Below are positions 11,872 through 23,828 of a stretch of 64,000 nt of DNA, piece after piece; the first letter of the stretch is position 1; each line of letters starts with the position of its first letter. The notes under the pieces are model-generated. The model worked only from the letters and a program-made list of their open reading frames with translations. It was not told the DNA's origin and did not search any database. The stretch is taken from the NCBI GenBank assembly GCA_001179505.1, contig CDMY01000347.1:411259-475258 (forward strand), written 5' to 3'. The stretch comes from Vitrella brassicaformis CCMP3155 (taxonomy: Eukaryota; Protista; Chromerida). Both the position numbers and the translations under genes were made by a program.

Positions 11872-12093
11872 GAGTCGAATGAGTCTGTCAGCGGTGGCAC
11901 CCGTCATAGATGCAGCCGCTTCGACAGCGAAATGTCGGCGTCATCGTTAGTATACCTCTTCGGTTCTTCAGTATCCAATGAGGGAAGATAGGGACGATGC
12001 TGGTCAGGCAAAATTGCTCGACCCCTTCTTTTTGCCTGATCGGTTTAACGCAGTACCCCGCGCGCAACGGCCAACGGATTTTTTTTTTTGGCG

Positions 12094-14239
12094 ATGCCGG
12101 GGAGCTTGAAGGGCGAGGCCACAGCGCCCTCCAAGTGGTGGCTGCTGCAGGTCGTGGCCAACGCCACGTTCGGATCTTTTCAGGTGAGGCCAGCTCAATG
12201 AATGAGTGTGTGACACTCATTTGCTTGTCTGCTGCTCGATCTGGTCCTTGCCCCTTCTCAGTTTGGCTACAACCTGGCTGTCCTCAACACGTGTCTGAAG
12301 ATGGTGGGCGGGGAGGGAGCAATAGAGTAGAAGCAGCTCACCACATGTGTTTGTGTCGTTGCCGTTTTGTCTGTTCTTCTTCAGGTCGTGCTGCTGATGC
12401 GATGGTGCGGCGAAGACCAGCTGACAACAGGTAATTAAGTCGGTCACTCAACTACCAGAACTGCAAATGTGGGTGGGCAAATGTGTCGTCATTTGTCGTC
12501 AGAGTGCGATGCCGCCCGCAATCGTGACGGTGCCATCACCGTAGGGGTCTTCGTTGGCGCAGGTCAGAAGGGCACATACAGGAGCAGACAAGCGTGTATG
12601 CTTTCCTTGTTTCTGCAGCTGTGGGTTGCCTGCTGGGCGGCAAGTGGATGCACCGTGGCCGAAGGAGGACCCTGATGATGGCCCACCTCCTCTTCATTGT
12701 GGGGTCGTTGCTGTCAGCCGCGTCCGTCGACTTTGTGATGCTGCTGGTGTCCCGCGTCATTGTGGGTGTCGGTGTTGGCGTGGCGACCGTCGCTGTGCCC
12801 ATGTACATATCTGAGGTCACCCCCGCCGAGAAACGGGGCGCTTACGGGTAGGGCAAGGGAGAGAGAGAGAGAGGGAGGGAGGGAAGTGGTCAATGCCTGG
12901 CTCTTCTCTGCCTGTGTGTGTGTCTGGCAGCACGATGAATCAGCTGCTGATCACTGTGGGCATCATGGTGGCCATCGTTCTCGGCAACGTCCAGCGCAAC
13001 GATCCCCAGCACTGGCCATCGCCCGACACGGTCCCAACACGCGAGGCCATCTGGTGGCGCTTCATGCTCGGCTTCAGCGCCCTGCCCTCCATCGTCTCAC
13101 TCTCCCTATTCCTCTTCGTGTTCCCCTTCGAGACGCCCCACTTCCTGGTGGAGGAGGGAAAGGCCGACCAGGCCCTGCCCATCCTCGAGAGAATGTACTG
13201 CACGTCGGGCGAGACCGATGCCGAGGCCCAGACCGCCCAGGCGAAGTTGGACGACATTCAGCGAAACGTGCAGGAGCGCAGAGCGTCCGAGAAGAGGACA
13301 GTAGGGCTGTTCAAGGCCTTCCGCGACCCTTGGTACCGTTACGTCCTGCTGGTGGGTTGGGTGCTGTCCGCCTTTCAGCAGCTGAGCGGCATGAATGCCT
13401 TCATCGCAGCGTCTAATCACATCTTCGAGCAGGCGGGCTTCACGGGCGGCCGGGCCACCCTGCTGTCGACGTGCATGGGCGTCATGAACGTCATCCTCAC
13501 CCTGGTGACTGTCAAAGCCATCGACTGGGCGGGGAGGAGGAAGCTCATGCTGATCGGCACCCTTGGCCAGTTCGTCGCCACCGCCCCGACGGCCGTGGTG
13601 CTGCTGATCGGGTCGGGCGCCGTGAGTGAGGGCGTCATGATATGGCTGCCAGTGGCCTCGGTGTTCGGCTACGTGGTGTTCTTCGCCATTGCGTACGGGC
13701 CGGTGCTGTGGGTGTATCTCAATGAGATATACCCGGTGGAGATCAAGGGTCCTGCTGTGGGGAGTGCATCGGCACTCAACTGGGTGGCGTGTATTGCGGT
13801 GGTCTTCCTGACCAAAGTGCTCAACAACACACTCATCTTCTCCATCTCCTCATGTACATAAGCACACATACACACCGACCCACACGTGCCTCCATGATGC
13901 CATCCCTCTCTCTCCCCTCTGTGTGAGTCTGCAGGCTGCAGTCTCTTCGCGTGTGTGTTCGTCTTCGTGTTTATGTTGGAGACCAGCGGCGTCTCCATCG
14001 ACGAGTCTCCCTACCTCAAGGGCCGCCCATCCGACTCCACTGCTGCCAGCAAGGCCAAGATCGACTCCCTCAGTGCCAAGCAGTCCACTGCCAAAAACAT
14101 CCCAGCATCGGACGGCGACAGCATGCCCGCCCAGCCGTGTGGTGGGCTGGGCATTGCGCACCCCGACTCAGCCAGCAGCCGAGAGGGTGACTTGGTTGTA
14201 CTGTCCTCATCCGTCGGTGTCTCGACGGGCGACTGCTAG
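12094..14239 (+). CDS. MFS sugar porter, hexose transporter of apicomplexan HT1 type
   Basis: GSFQ/FGYNLAVLNT, GRRRTL, SRVIVGVGVGVATVAVPMYISEVTPAEKRGAYG, QLLITVGI, FQQLSGMNAF, IDWAGRRKL, GPVLWVYLNEIYPVEIKG, FMLETSG. ATG at 12094, TAG at 14239. Confidence 0.93.
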
Positions 14240-15454
14240 ATGGGGGAAAGCTGTCGGTTTCTAGTTAGGGAGGGGGGAGAGGGGACAGCGCCATGCAATT
14301 GCTGGACAGTTTGTCGTTGTGCAGATAAGCGCGTATGTGACGTATGTGACACAACCACTCCACTCCACTCGCTGAGCTGCCTCTCTGGCCACAACGACGA
14401 TCGCAATCAATCTCACTGTCTGTGTCTATGTGTCGGCTACACACATAAGGGGAGGGAGGGTGCATGTTGTGTCTTCGCTGTCCAGTGGTCCTTCATATGA
14501 GGTCGAGAGCCGTGCACACGGCGGCGAGAGCGGGTGCATTGTCGTGTTTGTAGTGTTTCGCGCGTGTGTGATGTGAGGCTGACAGTGAGGACCTGGGACC
14601 CCGAGACACACACACACACGTGTACCACACATATTTGGGCAGAGAGCCTGCCAGCCAGCCTTCATCAGTCGACCAATGGATGGACCAATCCTCCGTCGAG
14701 TCGACCTTGTTATGTGATTGATTTGTGCCCGTGCGTGTTCACGTCAGTCAGGGATTCACGTTCATGCGACGCGACACCGATCAGGGATGAATGGAATGGA
14801 TCGGTGGGTAGGGGATTTTGTCTGTTTCTTGTGAGGGCTTTAGTCAACGGAAGAAGGAGGGAGGGAGAGAGGGACAGTGCAATCACTGGACTGTTTAGTA
14901 CGTCGCTCTACCACCACTGAGCTGCCTGCCTGCCTGCCTGCCTGGCCACAGTTGACGACTGCAACCTCGCTGTCTATGTGTGTGTGTATGCGTATGGGAT
15001 GGAGCGAGGGGTGCATACGTCATCCATCGTACATTAGACACAGATGGGGAGACAGAGACACACACGACCGGAGAGCTATGTCATTGGTGACAGGTCGTGG
15101 ATTGGGGGGTAGGGGGGTGGGTGGGGGAAGGCATGGAGCGTATGTGTGTGGCACAGCGTCCATGCCTCTGGTCTCTGATTTATCAACACTAGGTCGAGTT
15201 TTGCTGTCGACTTTCCCCCACGTCAGTAAGTGCCATTGTGCTTAGAGTGTGTGAATCGTTGTATGCCGAGACTTCGATGGATGGATTCCTTGACGCGACA
15301 AGAGAAGCAGACACAGGCTAGGTAGGGGGTTTCTCGCATGGATGGATGGCTGTCAGACACAACTACAACTACCTGGCTGGCTACAAGGACGCACTGACGC
15401 ACGCATCGATATCACCACCGTCTGTCTGCTTGGTCCCGTCTCTTGGTTTCTTTC

Positions 15455-17840
15455 TCACGCAACGCAGTGGCACAGCGAGGGCAGGATCTGCTCGTGCAGC
15501 GTCCGCCAGCCCACCTGCCTCACACGCCACTGCCGTCCCCTCCTCCTGGCCCTTCTTCGTGGAAACCCTCTTCTCCGCCTCACGCCTATCCCCCTCCGTG
15601 CTGTGGCCATTCTCACAGGGGGACGATATAGCCCGTTTCTCACGTCAGTCCGCCACATGCACTGCACGTGAGCGGCCGTCACGTGATGCACCTGAAGAGT
15701 GGAAAGAAAGAGGCATGATGCATGTTCGTGTGTGTCTGTAGTCTCCTGTGCGATAGATAAAGCATACCATCCACGTGTTGTTTTGTATCGGTGCCCACGG
15801 ACTGCCGCATTTAGGCTCGAACGCCATGCGCGTCCGATCCCTGTCGTCCAGCTGCAGGAAGGAACAAAGGACAGAGAGAACAGCAGATAGCAGCGTGCCG
15901 ATCGTCCTTGAATGTGTGGGCGAGGACCTGACCTGCAGGCCCGTTTTGTTGTGCTTGAAAACGAGAGTCCACAGCCACAGCCCAATCGTGATGTCGTCGT
16001 ACTGCAGCAGCGGGTAGGAGCTATCACTGCTGCCCGCCTCCACCAGCAGGCCGACAATGTCTCGTGAGAGGGCAAAGCACGGCCCCAGGGCGAAAGGCGG
16101 ATAAACATCACGCGGCTCGGGAAAGGCCTGTGTATGTGGCAGGGCAGAGTGGGAAAAGCGTGTGACCAGCAGTCTATCTGCTTTGCTCACGTCTAGAGTG
16201 ATGTTGTTTTCGGAGCTGGGCTTGCGCACGACATGCGAGCCGTACTCGATGAACCTGACACACACACACACAGAAATGGAGACGAGACGACTATTTGTCG
16301 CTGTCTCGCTTGGTGTCTTACCCCCATAAGTACTCGGCCCTCGGCGAATGCTGTAGCCGCTCGAGCAGATACAGCGGGCGAAGATACACATCGTCGTCAA
16401 CTATGGTGAGGTACGACCAATGCCCGCTTCCGACCTTGCCCCTGGTGCCACGATTGACCTCTCGAAAGACCACCATCTGCCCGTTGTGTGGGCTCTCAGC
16501 CTCGCTGATCGACTTGACGTAATCGGCGGACCCCATATGGACGTATCTAAGGATCTCGATGGTCTTCCTTGTCACGTGCCACTCATAGCCATCGTTCGCC
16601 CACACCATAACGATATCGCGGTGCTGCCGCTGCTCCTCCAAAAGCATGCTGGCCTCATCCGTTGTCGCATTGGCGGATGATGTGTCGTTGGTCAGGCCGA
16701 CGAAGAAGATCAACCGAGAGTTTTTGAGAGAAGCCTTGCCCACGATGCCACGGAACAGCCGACCCCATGACATCCGAATAGCATCTCGACGCCCTCTGTG
16801 TCCCACCGCCGACTTCACTGCGAATATCGCCAGGTGCCGATCAGCCCCCATCGCCCTCTCTTCACACAAGGCCGTGGCGTGTCTCATGAGCCGCTCGTGG
16901 TGCGACAGACGGTAGCGGTAGCGCATCAGCAGCGACACCATGTGAGCGGCATTCCTCCTCGCCCACACGTGGTGGGGGCTAAGCTGAGAGCCCAGGTATA
17001 CGATGGCCCTGTCAGGCCTGAAGTTTTCGATGGGCATCACGGCAAACGGTAGGAAGAAGCTGATTTGTTTGAGGGATAGGAAGTCGTGGTTGCCGTCGAC
17101 CAGAGGAATGCCTCCATACATGATGCATGTGATGAAAGCTGGGAGGAGGGCGTGGGAGCGGGAATCGCCTCTGCCGGGCAGCAAGAAGCTGAACACTGCC
17201 TTGGAAAGAAACAAAAACAGACACAGAATACACATAAGACAGAGAAAGACTCTCTGTTTCAACCCTTACCGTATCTCTGGCAGGCTTCTCTGAGGCTATC
17301 CGAGCGTGCTAGTGAGCTGCCAGCCTCCGCCACATACACGGCACCAGGCATGACCACAATGGATGCCTCTACAATCTGATGTGCATCGAGACCTTCCCGT
17401 ACTGCAATGGTCGCTCGCGCCGATGCTGGTGCTGAGGCCTTCACTGGCACCAACAACGACAGAACCTGGGTCCTGTTGCCATCAAATATGACGCCGCTCC
17501 TGCTGGTGTCGAACGCATCCAGCATCTTGAACAGACCTGGCTTCGTGTGGGTGAGAGAGGTCGGGACGAATGGCTTCTCGAGATAGTACAGCCGCTTTGC
17601 CCCGTCGAAGGCCATGAACGGCACCAGGGCGGGGCGCTCCGTCAGGACTGCATCGAATTGAAGATGCTGGGCCATCGCATCTCCAAAGCGGTCCACGAGA
17701 ATGCGGCATGATGTGGGTGAAGCCGACGGATGGCTGACATTGCCGAGAGGACGAAGTGAGCCGTCCGGTGTGATCAATGAGAGGTCGATTGATGGCGCAG
17801 CGGCTGCAGCCGCGAGGAAACAAGCGATAAATCGATGCAT
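15455..17840 (-). CDS. GT31-family (beta-1,3-galactosyltransferase-like) glycosyltransferase with N-terminal signal peptide and long N-terminal extension
   Basis: AVKSAVGHRGRRDAIRMSWG, FFVG, EQRQHRDIV, TIVDDDVYL (DxD), YPPFALGPCFALSRD, YDDITIGLW, HHVT. An upstream exon begins MHRFIACFLAAAAAAP (ATG 17840) with a donor GTAAGG near 17270. Confidence 0.85.
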
Positions 17841-18157
17841 GGGAGGGTGTCTACAGANNNNNNNNNNNNNNNNNNNNNNNNNNNNNNNNNNNNNNNNNNN
17901 NNNNNNNNNNNNNNNNNNNNNNNNNNNNNNNNNNNNNNNNNNNNNNNNNNNNNNNNNNNNNNNNNNNNNNNNNNNNNNNNNNNNNNNNNNNNNNNNNNNN
18001 NNNNNNNNNNNNNNNNNNNNNNNNNNNNNNNNNNNNNNNNNNNNNNNNNNNNNNNNNNNNNNNNNNNNNNNNNNNNNNNNNNNNNNNNNNNNNNNNNNNN
18101 NNNNNNNNNNNNNNNNNNNNNNNNNNNNNNNNNNNNNNNNNNNNNNNNNNNNNNNNN

Positions 18158-20050
18158 CTCCCAGCCACCCACTCACCGCCGTCAATGAGGTCCTTGTCGA
18201 TGTTGAGGTAATCATAGATCTTGCCAATGATGTCGATGTCGGTTTGGTTCTTGACATCAAGGTCGATCAAATCCTTCACCAGGTCATAGATCTTGCCGAT
18301 GATGTCGATGTCGGTGTAGTCCTTGACATCAAGGTCGATCGAACCCTTCACCAGGTCATAGATCTTGCCGATGATGTCGATGTCGGTGTAGTCCTTGACA
18401 TCAAGGTCGATCAAATCCTTCACCAGGTCATACACCTGCACAGACACCAGACGCCACACAGCACACGAATCATGGGGGAGGGGTGTCGAGGGGAGGATTC
18501 GGTGGCTGACAGACCTTGTCAGGGATGTTCCCGGTGATGTTCTTGGCGATGTCAAGGTAGTCATAGAGCTTCTCCGCCAGGTCTGCACACACATACACGC
18601 ACACACACACGCAGGCAAGGAACAAGGAAGGAACCATTAGAGCACACACATGTGTCTCCGTTTCTGTCTGTGTCTCTATCTCTATCTCTCTGTGTCTCCC
18701 AGCCACCCACTCACCGCCGTCAATGAGGTCCTTGTCGATGTTGAGGTAATCATAGATCTTGCCAACGATGTCGATGTCGGTGTAGTTCTTGACATCAAGG
18801 TCGATCAAATCTTTCACCAGGTCATACACCTGCACAGACACCAGACGCCACACAGCACACGAATCATCGGGGAGGGGTGTCGAGGGGAGGATTCGGTGGC
18901 TGACAGACCTTGTCAGTGATGTCCCCAGGGATGTTCTTGGCGATGTCAAGGTAGTCATAGAGCTTCTCCGCCAGGTCTGCACACACATACACACACACAC
19001 ACACACACGCAGGCAAGGAACAAGGAACCATTAGAGCACACACATGTCTCCGTTTCTGTCTGTGTCTCTATCTCTATCTCTCTGTCTCCCAGCCACCCAC
19101 TCACCGCCGTCAATGAGGTCCTTGTCGATGTTGAGGTAATCATAGATCTTGCCAATGATGTCGATGTCGGTTTGGTTCTTGACATCAAGGTCGATCAAAT
19201 CCTTCACCAGGTCATAGATCTTGCCGATGATGTCGATGTCGGTGTAGTTCTTGACATCAAGGTCGATCGAACCCTTCACCAGGTCATAGATCTTGCCGAT
19301 GATGTCGATGTCGATGTCGGTGTGGTCCTTGACATCAAGGTCGATCAAATCCTTCACCAGGTCATAGATCTTGCCGATGATATCGATGTCGGTGTAGTCC
19401 TTGACATCAAGGTCGATCAAATCCTTCACCAGGTCATACACCTGCACAGACACCAGACGCCACACAGCACACGAATCATGGGGGAGGGGTGTCGAGGGGA
19501 GGATTCGGTGGCTGACAGACCTTGTCAGTGATGTTCCCAGGGATGTTCTTGGCGATGTCAAGGTAGTCGTCGGGCTGCACACGAGCACATGACAAAGAAT
19601 CATGGGGAAGGTGTGTGGAGGGGAGGATTCGGTGCCTGATAGACCTTGTCAGGGATGTCCCCAGGGATGTTCTTGGCGATGTCAAGGTAGTCATAGAGCT
19701 TCTCCGCCAGGTCTGCACACACACACACACACACGCAGGCAAGGAACAAGGAAGGAACCGTTAGAGCACACACATGTGTCTCCGTTTCTGTCTGTGTCTC
19801 TATCTCTATCCCTATCTCTCTCTGTCTCCCAGCCACCCACTCACCGCCGTCAATGAGGTCCTTGTCGATGTTGAGGTAATCATAGATCTTGCCTGTCTCC
19901 CAGCCACCCACTCACCGCCGTCAATGAGGTCCTTGTCGATGTTGAGGTAATCATAGATCTTGCCAATGATGTCGATGTCGGTGTAGTTCTTGACATCAAG
20001 GTCGATCAAATCTTTCACCAGGTCATACACCTGCACAGACACCAGACGCC
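18158..20050 (-). repeat. Tandem array of exon+intron units containing 72-bp (24-aa) coding sub-repeats
   Basis: The string ACCAGGTCATAGATCTTGCC recurs at 18278 and 18350 (72-bp period). Whole exon-intron blocks recur at about 18160, 18700, 19090 and 19830-19900. Confidence 0.95.
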
Positions 20051-20992
20051 ACACAGCACACGCGTGTGGGTGTACCCCCCACACTCACGACTCACTCACC
20101 CCATCAAGGTCGGGCGAGGTGGTTTCCGCAAGCACCTTCAAATCCTCATAGATATCCTGTGGCCGCCGAGACACACACAGAAGGCACAATTGACTGAGAT
20201 GACAGGCTCAGCCCTCACCCACCCACCTCGATCTTGTCGATGATCTCAATGTCGTAGATTTTGTCGAGGCCGTCGTCGACGATGCCCGCGACACCGTCAA
20301 CCACCTTGTCGCCGACATCCGTGGCTATGTCATCGACCCCTGATAGGATGGCACACAACGCAGCAGGTCAGGATGGATGTGAGGCGCGCCCATCAGTCAG
20401 TCTGTCTGTCCCCTGTCACGCGTCTGTTTCCCTGACTGACTCACCGTCGACCACGTCCTTGACGTCGTCATAGATCGAGTCGAGAACGTCAACATCTGCC
20501 CAGCACAGACGCGCACAACCACCATGAGTCTTCCATGACCATCAACCAGCTCATCCTGTTGGCTCACCGGTGGTGTTTTTGTCAAGGTCGATGATGTCGT
20601 CCAGGTAGTCGTACACCTTGTCAACCGTGTCAGTGACATCGTCATGCACCTGCTCTCACACACCGTACACGACACACGAACGACACAAAGGTGTATGCAA
20701 CCGCGCATACTGTGAGTGGGAGGAAGCCAAGGCCCAGCTGACCACCCCCCCGGTGCAGGTGAGTGCGCAGGTGGGAGGGGCGGCCGGCCGGTCACGCACG
20801 CACACACGCCTGCCACGCCCCTCCCCTCACCTTGTCGGGGTCGATAATGTCCCTGATGATGCCCAGAATGCCGTCGATCATAATCTCTGTCTCGTGCCCC
20901 TGCAGGCGGCGCTTCTCGCTGCTGCTCAAGAATGCGTCATTGGCGTGGCAGACCACGCACAGCGCGGCCAGCAGAGAGAGCGCCCTGATCAT
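18158..20992 (-). CDS. Secreted Asp/Ile/Leu/Val/Lys-rich repeat protein, 5-prime part (3-prime end lost in gap)
   Basis: Signal peptide MIRALSLLAALCVVCHA, then EKRRLQG, then many short exons and repeated exons VYDLVKDLIDLDVKDYTDIDIIGKI and DLAEKLYDYLDIAKNIPGNITDK with GT-AG introns. Confidence 0.85.
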
Positions 20993-21279
20993 TCTGTCTG
21001 CTGACGGACGGGGCGCGGAGGGAGGAAGGGGCAGGCTGGAAGAGGGAGGGTCGACGGTCAATGGGGCTTCCTTGTGGCGCCAGGCACTCACCGCCGCTCT
21101 CTTAAAAAGGGAACATACAGGGACACTACGCAGCGCGCGTCTTTGATGGTTTTTGAGTGAGACGAGCAGCCTGTACGGGGAAACCCTAGGTCAACATGCA
21201 GCCGTTCAAGTTGTAAATTGACTCGCTTTTGACTTTGGGAAGAAGGGGCAGCGACACCGCTCACACGAGGCCACGATCG

Positions 21280-23086
21280 ATGATGCGGCGAGGCGTCGCG
21301 TTGCTCCTCGTCGCAGCGGCGGGGCTGACGCTCGCCACAGACGATTTCATGAACAAGCAGAAGCAGCCACAGCAGCAACAGCAGGCTGGAGAGGGGCAGC
21401 AGGTGGATCAGAGGCGTCTGCAGGAGATCAACGCCAGCCGGGCAGTAGAGGAGAGGAAAAACCGAACGGCCATGTACAAGTAAGCAGCTCGGCTCACCAG
21501 GCAGACACCGGAACTTAACTCGCTGTCATTGTGGCGTTGATGCTTATGCAGGTTCATGCAGAATACGATGCCCCTTGAGGATAGGAAGAAGACACTCGGC
21601 CTTATTATGACGTGAGATCGATGCACGAGGGAGGGAGGGAGGGAGGGAGGGTCTTCACTCACTCACTCGCTCGCCTCCCTCGGCGTGTGCGTGCATTGCT
21701 TGTTGTGTGGGTGCGGTGCAGTGACTCGGCGCTGCGGACGCCTCAAGAGAAGGTGACCGACCTGCTGGATCCTATAAATCTGGCTCCGACCGATGTCAAG
21801 TTCCTTGAGGACTTCTATGCCCTCATCGACGGCACGTACAAGGACGACGAGCTCATCTTCGGTCCGCCACACGCCGCACGCCACACACAAACCGGCACCT
21901 GCACACACGAGGACAAGCCATCACGCGCGTGTGTGTGTCTGCGACTGCTTGCAGGTCTGTTGCCAAAAGGATTCTTCAAGGGTTTGCCCGGGTTTGTTTT
22001 GGGCCTTCCTGCTGCCTTAGTTGACGCGATACCCGTGCTCGAGGCCATCGAAAATCCCCCATACCCCGGCTTCATCACCATCTCGACAGAAGAGCAGTGC
22101 CTGACTGAGAAGGAGGGCACCACGGAGCTTGTGGGGTACGACCTGAAGCTCAACGAGTGCTTCCTCAAGTGTCAGCTCCGGTCTGGCTGCACGGGCATCA
22201 CATACGAGCAGACAGACGAGGACGGTCAGTGTGCACACACGAGTGAGAGACGTGTCTGTCCAGTGAGTGAGTGTATGTGGATGTGGCGCTCTCGTCGCTT
22301 GGCCTGTGTGTCTGCAGGGGTGGCGATTGAGCAGTGTTATGTCCACACCAGCAAGGTCACCGGATCTGATCCCGTGACGTGCTTCGAGAGGATTTTCTTT
22401 GACGGCGACACAGAGACGGGCTTCAACGAGACGTTCGTTGAGACCGGCCAGGGCAAGTGCCGGCTGTCAGACGGAACAGACTCATCGGCACCCAAGCCAC
22501 CCAAATTCAGTCAGTATTCCACCGCCCGACACCAACACAGCCTGTGCACACTTCGGTGTGGGTCTTTTCTGTGTGCTGGCTGGTTTGAATGAACAGTTGA
22601 AGAGTCGGTCGAGGTTGAGGACATTATTGCGTGTGCGGAGCTCTGTGTGGAGGCGGGCGAGAACTGCCAGGGCATTGAGTTCCTCGGCGAGGTCGAACTC
22701 GATGAGGACGAAAATGCCAGCAGTGGCGCCGGCAGATGCAGTAAGTGCACTCACTGCACACCACGGGGTGTGCAGGCCAGGCCAGTCAGAGAAATCAAGC
22801 AAGGAAGGAACAAGCCGACAGACAGATGGACGCTAGCTACTAATGCTGGAATCTTCTGTGTCTGTCTGTCTGGCTGTCTGTCTGTGTATCTCTGCCTAAG
22901 TCCTTCAAAGCCACGGGCCGCCCAGCCGCTTTGCCGTCCCGCAATGCTACGTCAACGTAAGAAAGAGAAACACCGGCAGCCCAGCCCGTGTGTGTCACTC
23001 ACTTCCGTCCGTTGGTTGTGTCTGCCTGGTTGCAGCTGCCCACGGGCCTATTCGGCCTCGGCAAGCTGGGCCTCGATTATGTCTGA
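21280..23086 (+). CDS. Secreted protein with two PAN/Apple-like domains
   Basis: Signal peptide MMRRGVALLLVAAAGLTLA, then QRRLQE. Cys patterns ECFLKCQLRSGCTGITY...QCYVH...TCF and GKCRLSDG...ACAELCVEAGENCQGIEF...GRC. Last exon LPTGLFGLGKLGLDYV stop at 23086. Confidence 0.8.
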
Positions 23087-23828
23087 GCCATCCCAGCAGC
23101 TCAACAACGCCCTCTACAATGCTTCCTGTGTATTACCATGCTCTTTGCCTCCCCCACCGTCCCCTCTCTGCCGACTCTCTTGGCTGTCCCTCCCTCCCTC
23201 CCTCACTCCCTCCCCCTCTCTCTCTCTCTCTCTCTCTGAGCACCTGATTGAGTCTTGTCAGTGTCAGTCAGTACTTAAAGCTAGTGTGCGACGGTGCGTG
23301 CGTCTATGTGTGCGTGGATGAGCCAGGTCCCTTTCGCGAGTAAGGCCCCTGATTGCTGTGGCAAAGTTCGGCAGCCACCAGGGGCCGGTACGTTCGCGGG
23401 CACCTGGTAAGGTGACGAGTCAGTGACAAGTGAGTGCATGAGTAGTGAGTGGCACGTAGGCTTCGCTGTCATGTGGTGTGGTGCATGTACGTGCGTGTGC
23501 CTGTGAGTAATGGATGGATGGATGGATGGATGTGACAGACATTGGATGATAGCATTCTTAATGTGTCGCGCGTCCAGCCCATCAGCCATCCTGCATGTCA
23601 GTCAAACAATAAATCAATCAATCATGGGTCATTGTCATTCATTCATTCAGTGATTCACTGCAGACAACTCCCTCGGTTGCTTCGCTTGGGAGACGGCCGT
23701 AATCCTGGCCTGACTGGCCACGAGGTGGCCGGCCATGGGTGTCTCACATCACCCATTCATGGTCAATATAGCCGGCCACCCTATATAGAAACACCCACCC
23801 ACCCACCTCCCCCGTCGGGTCTTCCGGC

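Noticed and set aside
11093-11970. Apparent tandem duplication of LST8
   Set aside because: The copy begins exactly at a gap edge and mirrors the sequence ending at the other edge, with very few differences. This is most simply a contig-overlap or haplotype artefact; read depth would decide.
17259-18618. Long ORFs containing X runs (also 23542-24705, 26028-26790, 43533-44752, 57889-58902)
   Set aside because: Artefacts of translating through N gaps.
18158-20050. Regular repeats with intervening sequence resembling a CRISPR array
   Set aside because: The repeats are in-frame coding units and the spacers are near-identical GT-AG introns; the context is eukaryotic with no cas genes.
23670-23730. 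Possible U6 or SRP RNA resemblance (GTTGCTTCGC, GTAATCC)
   Set aside because: Only 6-8 nt of similarity; the remaining conserved elements are absent.
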